Source: a virus. Taken from it: a stretch of DNA of 64,000 bases. Where the stretch lies: positions 52,793 to 116,792 of IMG/VR virus record IMGVR_UViG_3300017783_000003. The stretch is one strand, 5' to 3'. Shown in pieces: positions 45,601 to 54,679 of this stretch; position 1 is the stretch's first letter; each line of letters begins with the position of its first letter. The translations under genes and the position numbers were made by a program. The notes below the pieces were generated by a model, which saw nothing but the letters and a program-made list of their open reading frames with translations, was not told where the DNA came from and made no database searches.

Positions 45601-48600
45601 TCGATTGTGTTTACTTGTGCCATGGATGGCAACAACACCGAACATACCGCACCTCAGTCACACCACTATTCAAGTGGAAAAGCTCTGCCTATTATATCAA
45701 AAACTACCAATACATTTACTGTAAATGTCGGTGCTTCTGGTCCCGATCAGGTATACACTCCAACTGGAGCAACATATGATCCAGCAACTGGAGATCTGGT
45801 TTTAACCATTGGAGCACACCAACTTACACCAGGCGAAGGTATTGTCATTGACGACAATTCTTTGTTCTTCAAATGCACAATGGATGGTAATGACACTGCC
45901 AAGTCATACCCACGTCCTGGACACGACCTCTTTTCACAGAGATCTATCCCCATCAAAGAAATTTCAGAAACCACTATTACATGTAATGTTGGTGCTTCTG
46001 GGGGTAATAAGTATTACCAACCATCTGCTGTAAACTATGACGCTAGTAATGGTGACATGACTGTCACTGTAGGACAGCATGGTCTGCAAGTAGGTAAGCA
46101 TGTTGTTCTTGAAGACAACTCATTCACATTTACTTGTGATTTTAATGGCGATGGTAATACAACTCCAAAGTCATATCCACGTCCTGGATCTGATCCTTAT
46201 GCAGGTAAGTCGATCGCCATCACTGATGTTGGTTACACTTCTCACACTCCAACAGATGCAGTTTATGATGCTGCTGCTGGAACCATTCAATTCACCATGG
46301 CAAGTCATGGATTCTCCGATGGTGATTACATCATGGTTGAGGATGGATCTCTAGAATACACATGTGTTCTAGATGGAAATACTATTATTAAGGCATATCC
46401 AAGAACTAACTATGATTATGCAAGTAACCGTTACTTTGAGATTTCAAACGTAACTCAAAATGGATTTAGAATTGACATTGGCGCTTCTGATTACACGGGT
46501 ACTCACACCCTAATTAATATTGATCCTGATTCAATTAGAAGACAAGATGGTACATTTACCATTAATGTCGGAAACGCAGGTTCTGCAGCAGGTTCTACTC
46601 ATGTATTTGTAAGTGCTCAACCTGGAGCAATTAAATTTGAACCACAGTCCTTCCATACGTTCATAAGTGCTACGGCAAGTTCTGTTAAGCATCTACCACA
46701 GTCTGCACACACATTTGTAAGATCAGCAGCTAATTCTCTATCTATTGGTGGTGACGAGTTTAAACTATTCCTTGGACCATCCAGATTCATTCACGACTAT
46801 GTAAGTGGTGGAACAGTAACTTTCGGTGGATCTTCTTACAATATCACGAGTTTTACTTATGATAATATCGTAACTGGTTCTGCTACTATCACAACTGATA
46901 GTTCTATTCCAGGACTAGCAAACGATAGTATTGTACAACTTGCAGACATCTTACTTGAATGTACTGTCGATAACGTAGTTACTCAAAAGACATATCCAAG
47001 TTTCAACATTCCTGTTAGTGATAATAAGTGTCGTAGAGATATCAAGCATTTCTTGAATGCTGTTATCCGTGACCTTGAATATGGAAGCAACTATAATGTA
47101 ATTGATGCTGCTAAAAAATATATTCAAGGTACGCAAATTGCTACCTATATTGACAATGAAATTATTCAAACTGTACGTGCAATTGAGTATGCTAGAGAAC
47201 TAGCAATCTTTGCAATGCGTAAATGGAGAACTGGTACAGGTCTACCAACAGATCCAGTTTACACGTCACAGTATACTTCTTTAACTAGATATGTTGACGC
47301 ATCAATCTTAGAAGATCTAACAGAACCTGGAGTTGAGCATTGTGCAAACGTTAAGTCAGCAATCAATGTTCTGTCATATCTGTTTGTTGATGTTCTCACT
47401 AATGATGCAAATGGCACCAAGTTAGACGCAGGTTATCTAATTGCTAGAAATAGAGATTTTATTGCAGATGAAGCATTAGGCAAGACAGAATCTCAGTATC
47501 CAACTCTTGGTTTGGGTGACGTTAATCAAAGAAAATGTAGAAGAGATATTAATTATATTATCACTTCTCTAATTAGAGATATTATTCTTGGTGGAAATGC
47601 TGCTATTGTAACCAATGCAGAAGAATACTATAGTGGAACTATTTTAACTGGCATTCCAGAAGCACAGAGAGATGAAACTATCTATGCTTTTGAGCAAGTA
47701 AGAGATCTCTGTATCCTCGCTATGAGGAATTGGAAAACTCTCGGTGGTAGTGGTTCAACATACGCTCCAGTACATTCCCCAATCCCATTGTTCACTGATT
47801 CCAGCATCTTAGTTGACCAACTAGGAACTCCATATTGTGCAAATATCGAATCTGCGATCACAACTTCTTTCACACTACTGAACGATATTCTTCGTGGAGA
47901 CATTGCTCCTGGTGGTACAGTCAAGAACTTCGGCACACTTCTAGATACAGTTGATCTCTATAGTTATCCAGATGTAACCATCTATGATGCTAATGGTACT
48001 GTTCTAACACCACGTTCTGACTATGATGACTTCCCAATTATCGAAGCTTCTCCATATACACAGAATGCTTCTATTATTTCGTTCTTGGGTGGTGGCGGTG
48101 CTCTAATTGACGGTTCTAGAGTTAAGCAACCCAACTGCCCATTCCCAGGTCTGGAACTTGATGGTTCAGCAACATTCCCCAATCAGGGTAAGTCGATGGT
48201 TGCTGCGGCATTCACGATTGTATCCTTCGGTGGTATTGGATATAAAGTTATTAACGATGGTTACACTCAGTTGGTTTCGGTCTTCGTTATCTTCTGTTTC
48301 GATGGCGTTCTATCTGAGTCTGGTGGTTATGCATCTATCACCAACTCCGCAACTAACTTCGGTATATATGCTCTACGTGCTATTGGATTTAGAGATGAAG
48401 CATATGTATTTGACGTTGGTACTATCACTAACGTATCTGCTACTCCAACTGGTAGAACAATCTTTACTGTTGATGGTCTTGGAAGAGAACCTCTTGAGCA
48501 TTATGTCATTAAGATTGATGGGTTCGAGAATGTAAGTGCTGAAATTGAGTACTTTGTTGAAGCAGTTGATGCTGTAACAGTTGGTCCTCCTTTCTCAGCT

Positions 48601-51600
48601 CAACTCACAATCGACTCTGGTTCTGGTGGTGGTGCAGAGTTTAAGAATATCTCTACTCAGCAAGCAGTAACTACAACTTCTCTACAAGGAGAAACACTCA
48701 GACTACACAGACCATCTATTGTTAACTCGTCTTCACATACGTGGGAATTTGCGGGATCAGGAACTAACTACAACTCTCTACCTGAGAACGGTGGAACTAA
48801 AGTTGAAGCAAACGAACAGGTTTCTGAACAGTATGGTCGTGTATATGTCTCTGGTACTGACGAACTAGGCGACTTTAAAGTTGGTGTTTTCGCAAGAATT
48901 GAAAACAGAACTGGTAACATTACCTTCACAGGTACGGTTACAATCTCGGAAGTTGAATTCTTAAAACTAAAAGGTGGTGACGTTGTTGTTACTGGTTTCG
49001 ACGCATCGAACACACTAGGTGGTGCTAACTCAACTGACTCTAAACTACCTACACAGAAAGCAGTTAAAGACTACATTACAAATAATCTTGGACCTTTCAT
49101 CAACAAACCATACTCCACGAACGCAGTTCCTAGAGCATTGGTTGAACTTACTGATTCTGGTAAGATTTCTGTTGACCAAATCCCAGCACTAAGACCTTTC
49201 CAAGTCTTCACAGTTGCAGATGCAACAGAAAGAACTTCTATCGAAGGAGCACTTGCTGGTGATATTGCTATCCAACAAGACACATCAACTTCATTCATTC
49301 TTAATAATGATCTAGACAGTCTGTTTGTTTCTTTCCCTGTTGATCCTACAATTTCATTCACACTGGGTGATATCTTCACTGGTTCAACATCTAGTGCTCA
49401 AATTCAAGCCACTGAGTATAGACAAGGTTCTATATTCCAGATCATTATTACAGATCCTGGTTCTGGTTACACCTCCCCTCCTGTTATTACAATTAGTGGT
49501 GGACAACCAGCTGCTGGTAATATCCAAGCCGCTGCTGTAGCAGAGATTGCTAATGGTCAAGTTGTTGTTGTTGAAATCACTGAATTCAACGGTTTAGTTG
49601 GTGGTAAGGGATATACAGTACAACCAACAGTTACATTCTCTGCTCCATCTGGTTCTGGAACACAAGCAACAGGTAATGCTTTAATTGAGAACAGACTTTA
49701 CGGAGATATTGTTAACAGACAGAAGATGAGTGAGGCTGACGTTATTCAGTCTAGTGATCTTCCTCCAGTAAATATCAACGTTACTAGAGTTGTTAACACG
49801 TCTGCAAATGATACTAACAACTGGGTATCTCTATCATCTGATCAGATTGCAGCAAACCAGATTGCATCTGGTGTTATTGAAACTGCTCGTTTGGCAATCA
49901 ATTCTGCCGCTGCAAACTCATTCACGTTCTTACGTGGAGACCAATCATATGCTCTTGCAGTTCAGTCTTTGAAGGGTGCTGAGACTAGATACTTTGCTAC
50001 ACTATTCAGTGATGCGAGTATTGGTAGTCAGCAGTTAATCTTCACCACTAACGCAGATACATTACTTGGTCACGAAGTTGTGGCTAATATAGTTGGTATT
50101 CAAGCAAACACAAGTATTCAAGGTGTTCTGACAACTGGCGGTCTAACAACCGTATCTATGTCCAACCCATTGATGGCAACAATTCCTGCGGGAACTGTCA
50201 TTGAATTCCAACGTGGTGCTTCTCCAATCACTTTCGAGTCTTCTTATACTCAAGGTAGTTTTGTAGACAACATTGTTATTGCTGATGGTGGATCTGGTTT
50301 CACTGATGGTCAATATTTCTCTCAACTTCTAAGCGGTGGTACGGGCACAGGTCTAAAAGGAAACATTATTGTTTCTGGTGGTGAAATTACTGAACTTACC
50401 GTAACTGACGGTGGATTAAACTATAATGCCGACTTTAACGTCACATCTTTACCTGCAGATGTTGGATCTGGTGTTGGTCTTATTTTACAAGCAAAAGTCA
50501 GTACAGTTAACAAACAGTATGCTAATGTTTCTATTGACATTCTTCGTGCTACTGATCAAACTATTACTGCTGATAAGTATGGCACAATTGGTGTTGCTAG
50601 GTTTAGAAAAGAACAGTTTGAAATTGGTGAAGCTGGAAATGGTTCGATTCGACTAAAAACTGGTGCCGATAGTCTTCTTGATGCTGACTTACTAGATGGT
50701 GTGCAAGGTGCTTACTATCTAAATGCTTCAAACCTGAACTCAGGTACTCTGCCATCAGACCGTATGGCAGGTACATATAATATCAGTATCTCAGGTCAAT
50801 CTGGTAATACCCTGAGACTTATCACTGGTACAACTAACCCAACGTCTTCACCATCTCCCAACCTGTTCTCTGCTGGTATTATTGCTTCCACCAGAAACAA
50901 TACTGCGGATGGTCTGCTTGACGGTGGTTCAAGACACCTAGTAATGACGATCAGGAACTTTGGTTCTGGATTCGATGCTACTGGTGGTGGCGCTAGACAG
51001 TTAGGTTTCACAGATAATGACAACATGTGGATCCGTGGTTCTGGAACCACTCTTGATGATTGGGGTTCATGGGCTAAGGTTTGGACCTCCATTAACGATG
51101 GTCCTGGTACTGATCTTGATGCAGATAAACTAGATAACCGTCAAGGTATCTGGTATCAGAATGCGTTGAACATGAACTTTGGTTCTCTATCTGACAATAG
51201 ACTTCCAGATTATTTCACTGCCAAATCTGTTAAAGATAGTATTGATCTCTTAGCAAATGCTGGAAAAATTAGATATAAAATTTATATCTCTGGTAGTATT
51301 TTAACTTCTACTCCATTCTTGCCTGGTAATCCAGTCAATTTGTACAACAACCTCGCACAAGCTGTTGGTGAGATTCAAATTACTCAAATTATTACTAACG
51401 ACGAAAGCGACAACTTTAATGATTACACAATCATTTATGGTGTACTACAGTCTGGTACTTTTGTTGGCGCAGAAACGATTGGCGTAGCAAACAACCGTGT
51501 TATTTTCAATGACTTTACTGTAGATTCTGCGGGAACTTTCCAGGTTGCAAGACTTGAAAGTGATGGTGGTACTGCTAACCTCAGACTTGGTAGAAAAGAT

Positions 51601-53160
51601 GGAGTTGCTTCTTCGCCAGGTATTTACTTCAGATCTTCTACAGATGCAGCAGCAAACTATAATACTGCTATTATTGCAACTGGTGGTAGTGGTACAGACT
51701 CAAGTGGTACTTTAGATGTTCAGGTTGTAAATTCTGATGGTTTCTCAATCAACGGCAATACAGTTTGGAATACTGGTAACATCACATTCAATACAACTAG
51801 TGTGGCATCGACTGGTGTTATTCGTGATGCTAGTGGTGGATTTGGTTCTGGAACTATTACATTAGATGCTGGTTCTGAAATTGTAGGTTCTTCTTCACTA
51901 AACGTACTGAAGTCTGGTGATACAATGTCTGGTCCGTTGATTATCACGGGCATTCTTGAATCAGCTCAAGCACTAAGTATTTCTGGTCGAGGAGACTTCT
52001 TAAGCAACATTACAGTTGCTAAAGATATATCAGTTGCAACCGACACTTTATATGTTGATTCCTCAGATAGACGTGTCGCTATTGGTCACAACAATCCATT
52101 ATCACTCTTCCATGTCATCAGTCCTAATGATGGATCTTTAGAAGGTCTTGATGCTTGGGCAATTTTTGAAGAACAGACTAATAACCATGGAAGAATTCAA
52201 TTTGGTTATTCTTCTGGATCTCCACAGATCGGACTTAGTGATAGAACAGACGATCAATTCTGGGCATTAGGTGCGGACGATTCGGATGTAGGTTACTTCA
52301 CTGTTTCCTTTGACGGAACTTCTGTTCCAACAGTCGCTTCATCTGCTTCTACTGGATCTAATTCTGGTGCAGTTAGATTACAACTTAGCAGCACTGGCAC
52401 ATTGTTCTTAGGAACATCTGGAACAACTGCTACTGATTACAAACTACATGTTGCTGGTAACATCTACACTTCAACAAAACTTCTTATTAATGATGCCTCG
52501 AACAATAACGGTGCTCCAATCGAGTTCAAAGGATCTACTGGATTCAGGAACTTCAGAATTGGTAACCAGTTAGTTGGAGATGATATCTTCGAGATCTCAC
52601 CTTCCGACACTGCTGGTGGCGTTGACTGGAGTTCAACTCCTGCTTTGGCAATCCTGGGGTCATCTAATCAAATTGCAATCAACACCACTAACTTTAGTGG
52701 AACCGATCCAGAAGATAGCACTGAAAGAGAATATCAACTCAACGTTCAGGGTGACGTTAACTTCAATGGTCAATTGTTCCAGAACAATGCGGAGTTTGTT
52801 ACTTCACGTTGGACTGAATCCGCAAATGAGACTGATATCTTTAGAGCATCTAAAGTTTGGATCAATGCTGATCCTACTGTATCTGGATTTACTGGAAATC
52901 CATCTTATGGACTGCAGGTTTCTGCAAGTCTGGGAATCGATGGAGCTACATTCAGCAGTGGTGCAAATACAGATGTATTCTATGTTAACGGTGATCGTCA
53001 GTATATTGATACTTACGGAGTCTTCAAGACTAATAGAAACGTTATTAATGAGAACATCACAATTCCAGCAAATACCAACGCTATGAGTGCTGGTCCCTTG
53101 ACTATAAATAATAATAAGACAATCACCATTTCTGCAGGTTCTTCCTGGTCCGTCGTATAA
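42685..53160 (+). CDS. long tail-fibre-like protein (3491 aa) with beta-helix, nested beta repeats and phycobiliprotein-like helical domains
   Basis: KIATTEYV, GSDDNDGRS...PVRTIKKA, VVGDNLR, SPYTQN, LDADLLDG/LDADKLD fibre motifs, C-terminal NAMSAGPLTI...SWSVV. Confidence 0.85.
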   Translation: MSFQFNSDKEILRAVNPSVIADQSYTIRAGTGSTEKEIFRAQLDSVTNLPRVGINRTGKRVERIDVPDGQGGSGYTLVPSVELSAPTLDGGRQALASAAIFNGEVSAIIVDDPGDGYELAPTVEVTGGNGVGAVGISFLDTVDFELDINGAIRTSTSIISDTARILNLDIDNFITPDANFRAPNLKTYINNTGVLWAPSVIVLKNTFRYFGGNIYQVLETGTTGTAAPTHNDGIELNGTASLKHVGFRIVDDTQPFFEETGEAGVYPRSITPLLGDKSDKIATTEYVLNLATNDVGGRVYVSQQIGSDDNDGRSAVAPVRTIKKACQEAWKTPGVKETIIVAGGDYLEDNPISIPPDASVVGDNLRLVLIRPANPRKHIFKFGDKNYVTGVTYRDQIDSNGDSVATWDFAMVFDDKQRIDIDTSSNGDFGLSFPVGHQIFGPNRERVTFQTNTGLNQLVAGLSLRGVNTGSTALINEVTFNQVTGVQAYISGTANIEILSGSFISGETFEYFIVTPYTPTDVTYDPQTGISQFTVPNHGFADGDKIRINIESLGYTCDMDGNTNIKYYPRSSDPAANQFLTISAATTNTFELDVGDSQNINHQVSYATYDTASGVAVLTIGTHTLGVGTSIKLRTESLGFSCSKDGYSSVHFYPRATDPAYDTAIEILEVTSTTITINVGASGPDDQYVHAYDSSLANAVISGGNYPHTFVSARANALDYLDSEFEFVSTDIQSIRAEGEIVFSNDPGEVEYPIPRIDFSLQGTAEVATGGFEYGWDGGGPEDLGGIVFYTNELIGRQNVHDLKNGQEILIEGLPTSSPDLSFLNGRQRIYKVLEDADGRCRRFVIPKKTSVITDSDFEPGNLAKVTSASKSITMTLLNSPNKFNMATPVARRFQDASLQIRNNLDYIADEVVGRVNDEFKKEYFAAYDVDGTPSQQFTPTNVTYDPATGESIFTVNNHGLVEGDGVKIEDDSIVFTCAMDGNNTEHTAPQSHHYSSGKALPIISKTTNTFTVNVGASGPDQVYTPTGATYDPATGDLVLTIGAHQLTPGEGIVIDDNSLFFKCTMDGNDTAKSYPRPGHDLFSQRSIPIKEISETTITCNVGASGGNKYYQPSAVNYDASNGDMTVTVGQHGLQVGKHVVLEDNSFTFTCDFNGDGNTTPKSYPRPGSDPYAGKSIAITDVGYTSHTPTDAVYDAAAGTIQFTMASHGFSDGDYIMVEDGSLEYTCVLDGNTIIKAYPRTNYDYASNRYFEISNVTQNGFRIDIGASDYTGTHTLINIDPDSIRRQDGTFTINVGNAGSAAGSTHVFVSAQPGAIKFEPQSFHTFISATASSVKHLPQSAHTFVRSAANSLSIGGDEFKLFLGPSRFIHDYVSGGTVTFGGSSYNITSFTYDNIVTGSATITTDSSIPGLANDSIVQLADILLECTVDNVVTQKTYPSFNIPVSDNKCRRDIKHFLNAVIRDLEYGSNYNVIDAAKKYIQGTQIATYIDNEIIQTVRAIEYARELAIFAMRKWRTGTGLPTDPVYTSQYTSLTRYVDASILEDLTEPGVEHCANVKSAINVLSYLFVDVLTNDANGTKLDAGYLIARNRDFIADEALGKTESQYPTLGLGDVNQRKCRRDINYIITSLIRDIILGGNAAIVTNAEEYYSGTILTGIPEAQRDETIYAFEQVRDLCILAMRNWKTLGGSGSTYAPVHSPIPLFTDSSILVDQLGTPYCANIESAITTSFTLLNDILRGDIAPGGTVKNFGTLLDTVDLYSYPDVTIYDANGTVLTPRSDYDDFPIIEASPYTQNASIISFLGGGGALIDGSRVKQPNCPFPGLELDGSATFPNQGKSMVAAAFTIVSFGGIGYKVINDGYTQLVSVFVIFCFDGVLSESGGYASITNSATNFGIYALRAIGFRDEAYVFDVGTITNVSATPTGRTIFTVDGLGREPLEHYVIKIDGFENVSAEIEYFVEAVDAVTVGPPFSAQLTIDSGSGGGAEFKNISTQQAVTTTSLQGETLRLHRPSIVNSSSHTWEFAGSGTNYNSLPENGGTKVEANEQVSEQYGRVYVSGTDELGDFKVGVFARIENRTGNITFTGTVTISEVEFLKLKGGDVVVTGFDASNTLGGANSTDSKLPTQKAVKDYITNNLGPFINKPYSTNAVPRALVELTDSGKISVDQIPALRPFQVFTVADATERTSIEGALAGDIAIQQDTSTSFILNNDLDSLFVSFPVDPTISFTLGDIFTGSTSSAQIQATEYRQGSIFQIIITDPGSGYTSPPVITISGGQPAAGNIQAAAVAEIANGQVVVVEITEFNGLVGGKGYTVQPTVTFSAPSGSGTQATGNALIENRLYGDIVNRQKMSEADVIQSSDLPPVNINVTRVVNTSANDTNNWVSLSSDQIAANQIASGVIETARLAINSAAANSFTFLRGDQSYALAVQSLKGAETRYFATLFSDASIGSQQLIFTTNADTLLGHEVVANIVGIQANTSIQGVLTTGGLTTVSMSNPLMATIPAGTVIEFQRGASPITFESSYTQGSFVDNIVIADGGSGFTDGQYFSQLLSGGTGTGLKGNIIVSGGEITELTVTDGGLNYNADFNVTSLPADVGSGVGLILQAKVSTVNKQYANVSIDILRATDQTITADKYGTIGVARFRKEQFEIGEAGNGSIRLKTGADSLLDADLLDGVQGAYYLNASNLNSGTLPSDRMAGTYNISISGQSGNTLRLITGTTNPTSSPSPNLFSAGIIASTRNNTADGLLDGGSRHLVMTIRNFGSGFDATGGGARQLGFTDNDNMWIRGSGTTLDDWGSWAKVWTSINDGPGTDLDADKLDNRQGIWYQNALNMNFGSLSDNRLPDYFTAKSVKDSIDLLANAGKIRYKIYISGSILTSTPFLPGNPVNLYNNLAQAVGEIQITQIITNDESDNFNDYTIIYGVLQSGTFVGAETIGVANNRVIFNDFTVDSAGTFQVARLESDGGTANLRLGRKDGVASSPGIYFRSSTDAAANYNTAIIATGGSGTDSSGTLDVQVVNSDGFSINGNTVWNTGNITFNTTSVASTGVIRDASGGFGSGTITLDAGSEIVGSSSLNVLKSGDTMSGPLIITGILESAQALSISGRGDFLSNITVAKDISVATDTLYVDSSDRRVAIGHNNPLSLFHVISPNDGSLEGLDAWAIFEEQTNNHGRIQFGYSSGSPQIGLSDRTDDQFWALGADDSDVGYFTVSFDGTSVPTVASSASTGSNSGAVRLQLSSTGTLFLGTSGTTATDYKLHVAGNIYTSTKLLINDASNNNGAPIEFKGSTGFRNFRIGNQLVGDDIFEISPSDTAGGVDWSSTPALAILGSSNQIAINTTNFSGTDPEDSTEREYQLNVQGDVNFNGQLFQNNAEFVTSRWTESANETDIFRASKVWINADPTVSGFTGNPSYGLQVSASLGIDGATFSSGANTDVFYVNGDRQYIDTYGVFKTNRNVINENITIPANTNAMSAGPLTINNNKTITISAGSSWSVV
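53103..53110 (+). promoter_or_regulatory. T4-type late promoter
   Basis: TATAAATA inside the fibre gene 3' end, upstream of the Gly-rich genes. Confidence 0.55.
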
Positions 53161-53166
53161 AAAACT

Positions 53167-53919
53167 ATGAGTACAATATTTGTAAATAGTATCAAGGCGT
53201 CTACTGGCAATACTGTGACCATTCCAAATGGTCATGCATTGCAAATAGGTACTAAAGTCCTTGACCAAAACGCTATTCTGCCAACAACAACTGGCAACGA
53301 GGGTAAATTAATTTACTCGGATGGAACTAGCTTCATTTATTCTGATTATGGTGCTAGTAATATGATAACGTTTACTGCAAACGGAACGTATACACCTTCG
53401 CCATCTACTAGATTAGCATATGTAAGAGTTGTCGGTGGTGGAGGCGGAGGTACTAGTTATTCGGAAACTGGTGGATCTGGAGGATATGCTGAAGGTTACA
53501 TTAGTATGGATGGTGTTAGTAGTGTAAGCATTACTGTCGGTGGTGGTGGTAATGGTACTACTTACTCTGGTGCATCTGCACAAGGAGGAACAACATCATT
53601 CGGATCTTACCTTTCTGCTACAGGAGGAAATGGTGCCAATTCTAACCACAGACATTGTGGTGGTACTGGTGGACTAGGATCTGGTGGTATGCTCGCCATC
53701 TATGGCGGTGGTGGTTGTGGTCACGGTCGTTATAATGGTAAAGGTGGAACAAATTACTTCGGTGGAGGGGGTCCAGGTGGACATCCAAACGGAGGAAGAT
53801 ATGCAAATAACAACCAAGAGATTGCTGCTCCTGGTGCGGGTGGTGCCTGTGGATGGGCTGGTAGTCATGGAGGAGCAAAAGGTAAAGGCGGTCTCGTCGT
53901 AGTAATGGAGTACATGTAA
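53167..53919 (+). CDS. glycine-rich fibre-tip/adhesin-like protein 1
   Basis: MSTIFVNSI N-terminus, FTANGTYTP, VVGGGGGG, GGxGG repeats, ends GLVVVMEY. Confidence 0.8.
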   Translation: MSTIFVNSIKASTGNTVTIPNGHALQIGTKVLDQNAILPTTTGNEGKLIYSDGTSFIYSDYGASNMITFTANGTYTPSPSTRLAYVRVVGGGGGGTSYSETGGSGGYAEGYISMDGVSSVSITVGGGGNGTTYSGASAQGGTTSFGSYLSATGGNGANSNHRHCGGTGGLGSGGMLAIYGGGGCGHGRYNGKGGTNYFGGGGPGGHPNGGRYANNNQEIAAPGAGGACGWAGSHGGAKGKGGLVVVMEYM

Positions 53920-54378
53920 AATGTCAGTATTAAGAGTAAACGAAATTAGGTCCCAAGCGGGAACAACAATTAGCATTCCTAATGGACACGAGCTAAGTCT
54001 TGATGGGACTATTCTCAATAGCAGTTCAATGCCGCCACCAATCAGTGGCAATCCAGGAACATTTTTAAAAAATGTTGCTGGCACTCCATCATGGACTGCG
54101 GTAGGACCATTTAGAATTGTCACATTTACTGGATCCAGTACATATATACCATCTCCTGGTGTAACTAAAATTCTAGTTAGAATTGTCGGTGGTGGTGGAG
54201 CTGGATCTGGAGTTGGTGAAGGTGGTGGAGCTGGAGGATATGCTGAAAGAATTATTGACATTGCTGGGGTCTCTCAGGTAAATGTCACTATTGGATTGGG
54301 TAGTTTATCTTCAACTCAATACTCTTCTGCTGCTGGCGGTGGAGGAACAACATCATTCGGATCTTACCTTTCTGCTAC
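53584..54378 (+). repeat. 38-bp exact direct repeat shared by Gly-rich paralogs 1 and 2
   Basis: GGAGGAACAACATCATTCGGATCTTACCTTTCTGCTAC at 53584-53621 and 54341-54378. Confidence 0.85.
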
Positions 54379-54679
54379 TGGTGGACATGGTGGCAACCAA
54401 GATCATAGACATTGTGGTGGTATTGGTGGTCTAGGATCTGGTGGAGATATGAATTTATATGGTGGCGGTGGAGCTGGTCACCAATACTATGCAGCATGTA
54501 CTGGAGGAGTTTCTTTCTTTGGTGGGTCTGGTCCTAGTGGATATCCTAACGGAGGAACATATGCTCTAAATAATAGTGCTAACGCTGCTTTTGGTTGTGG
54601 CGGATCTCCTGGTTACCATACACAACAGCAAGGAGCTTATGGTAAAGATGGTATTGTTGTAGTCTATGAGTTTAAATAA
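53921..54679 (+). CDS. glycine-rich fibre-tip/adhesin-like protein 2
   Basis: Paralog of 53167; MSVLRVNEI, HRHCGG, GIVVVYEF. Confidence 0.8.
   Translation: MSVLRVNEIRSQAGTTISIPNGHELSLDGTILNSSSMPPPISGNPGTFLKNVAGTPSWTAVGPFRIVTFTGSSTYIPSPGVTKILVRIVGGGGAGSGVGEGGGAGGYAERIIDIAGVSQVNVTIGLGSLSSTQYSSAAGGGGTTSFGSYLSATGGHGGNQDHRHCGGIGGLGSGGDMNLYGGGGAGHQYYAACTGGVSFFGGSGPSGYPNGGTYALNNSANAAFGCGGSPGYHTQQQGAYGKDGIVVVYEFK

Noticed and set aside
53584-54378. Diversity-generating retroelement TR/VR pair
   Set aside because: The repeat is short and exact with no adenine-specific mismatches, and no reverse transcriptase is in the window
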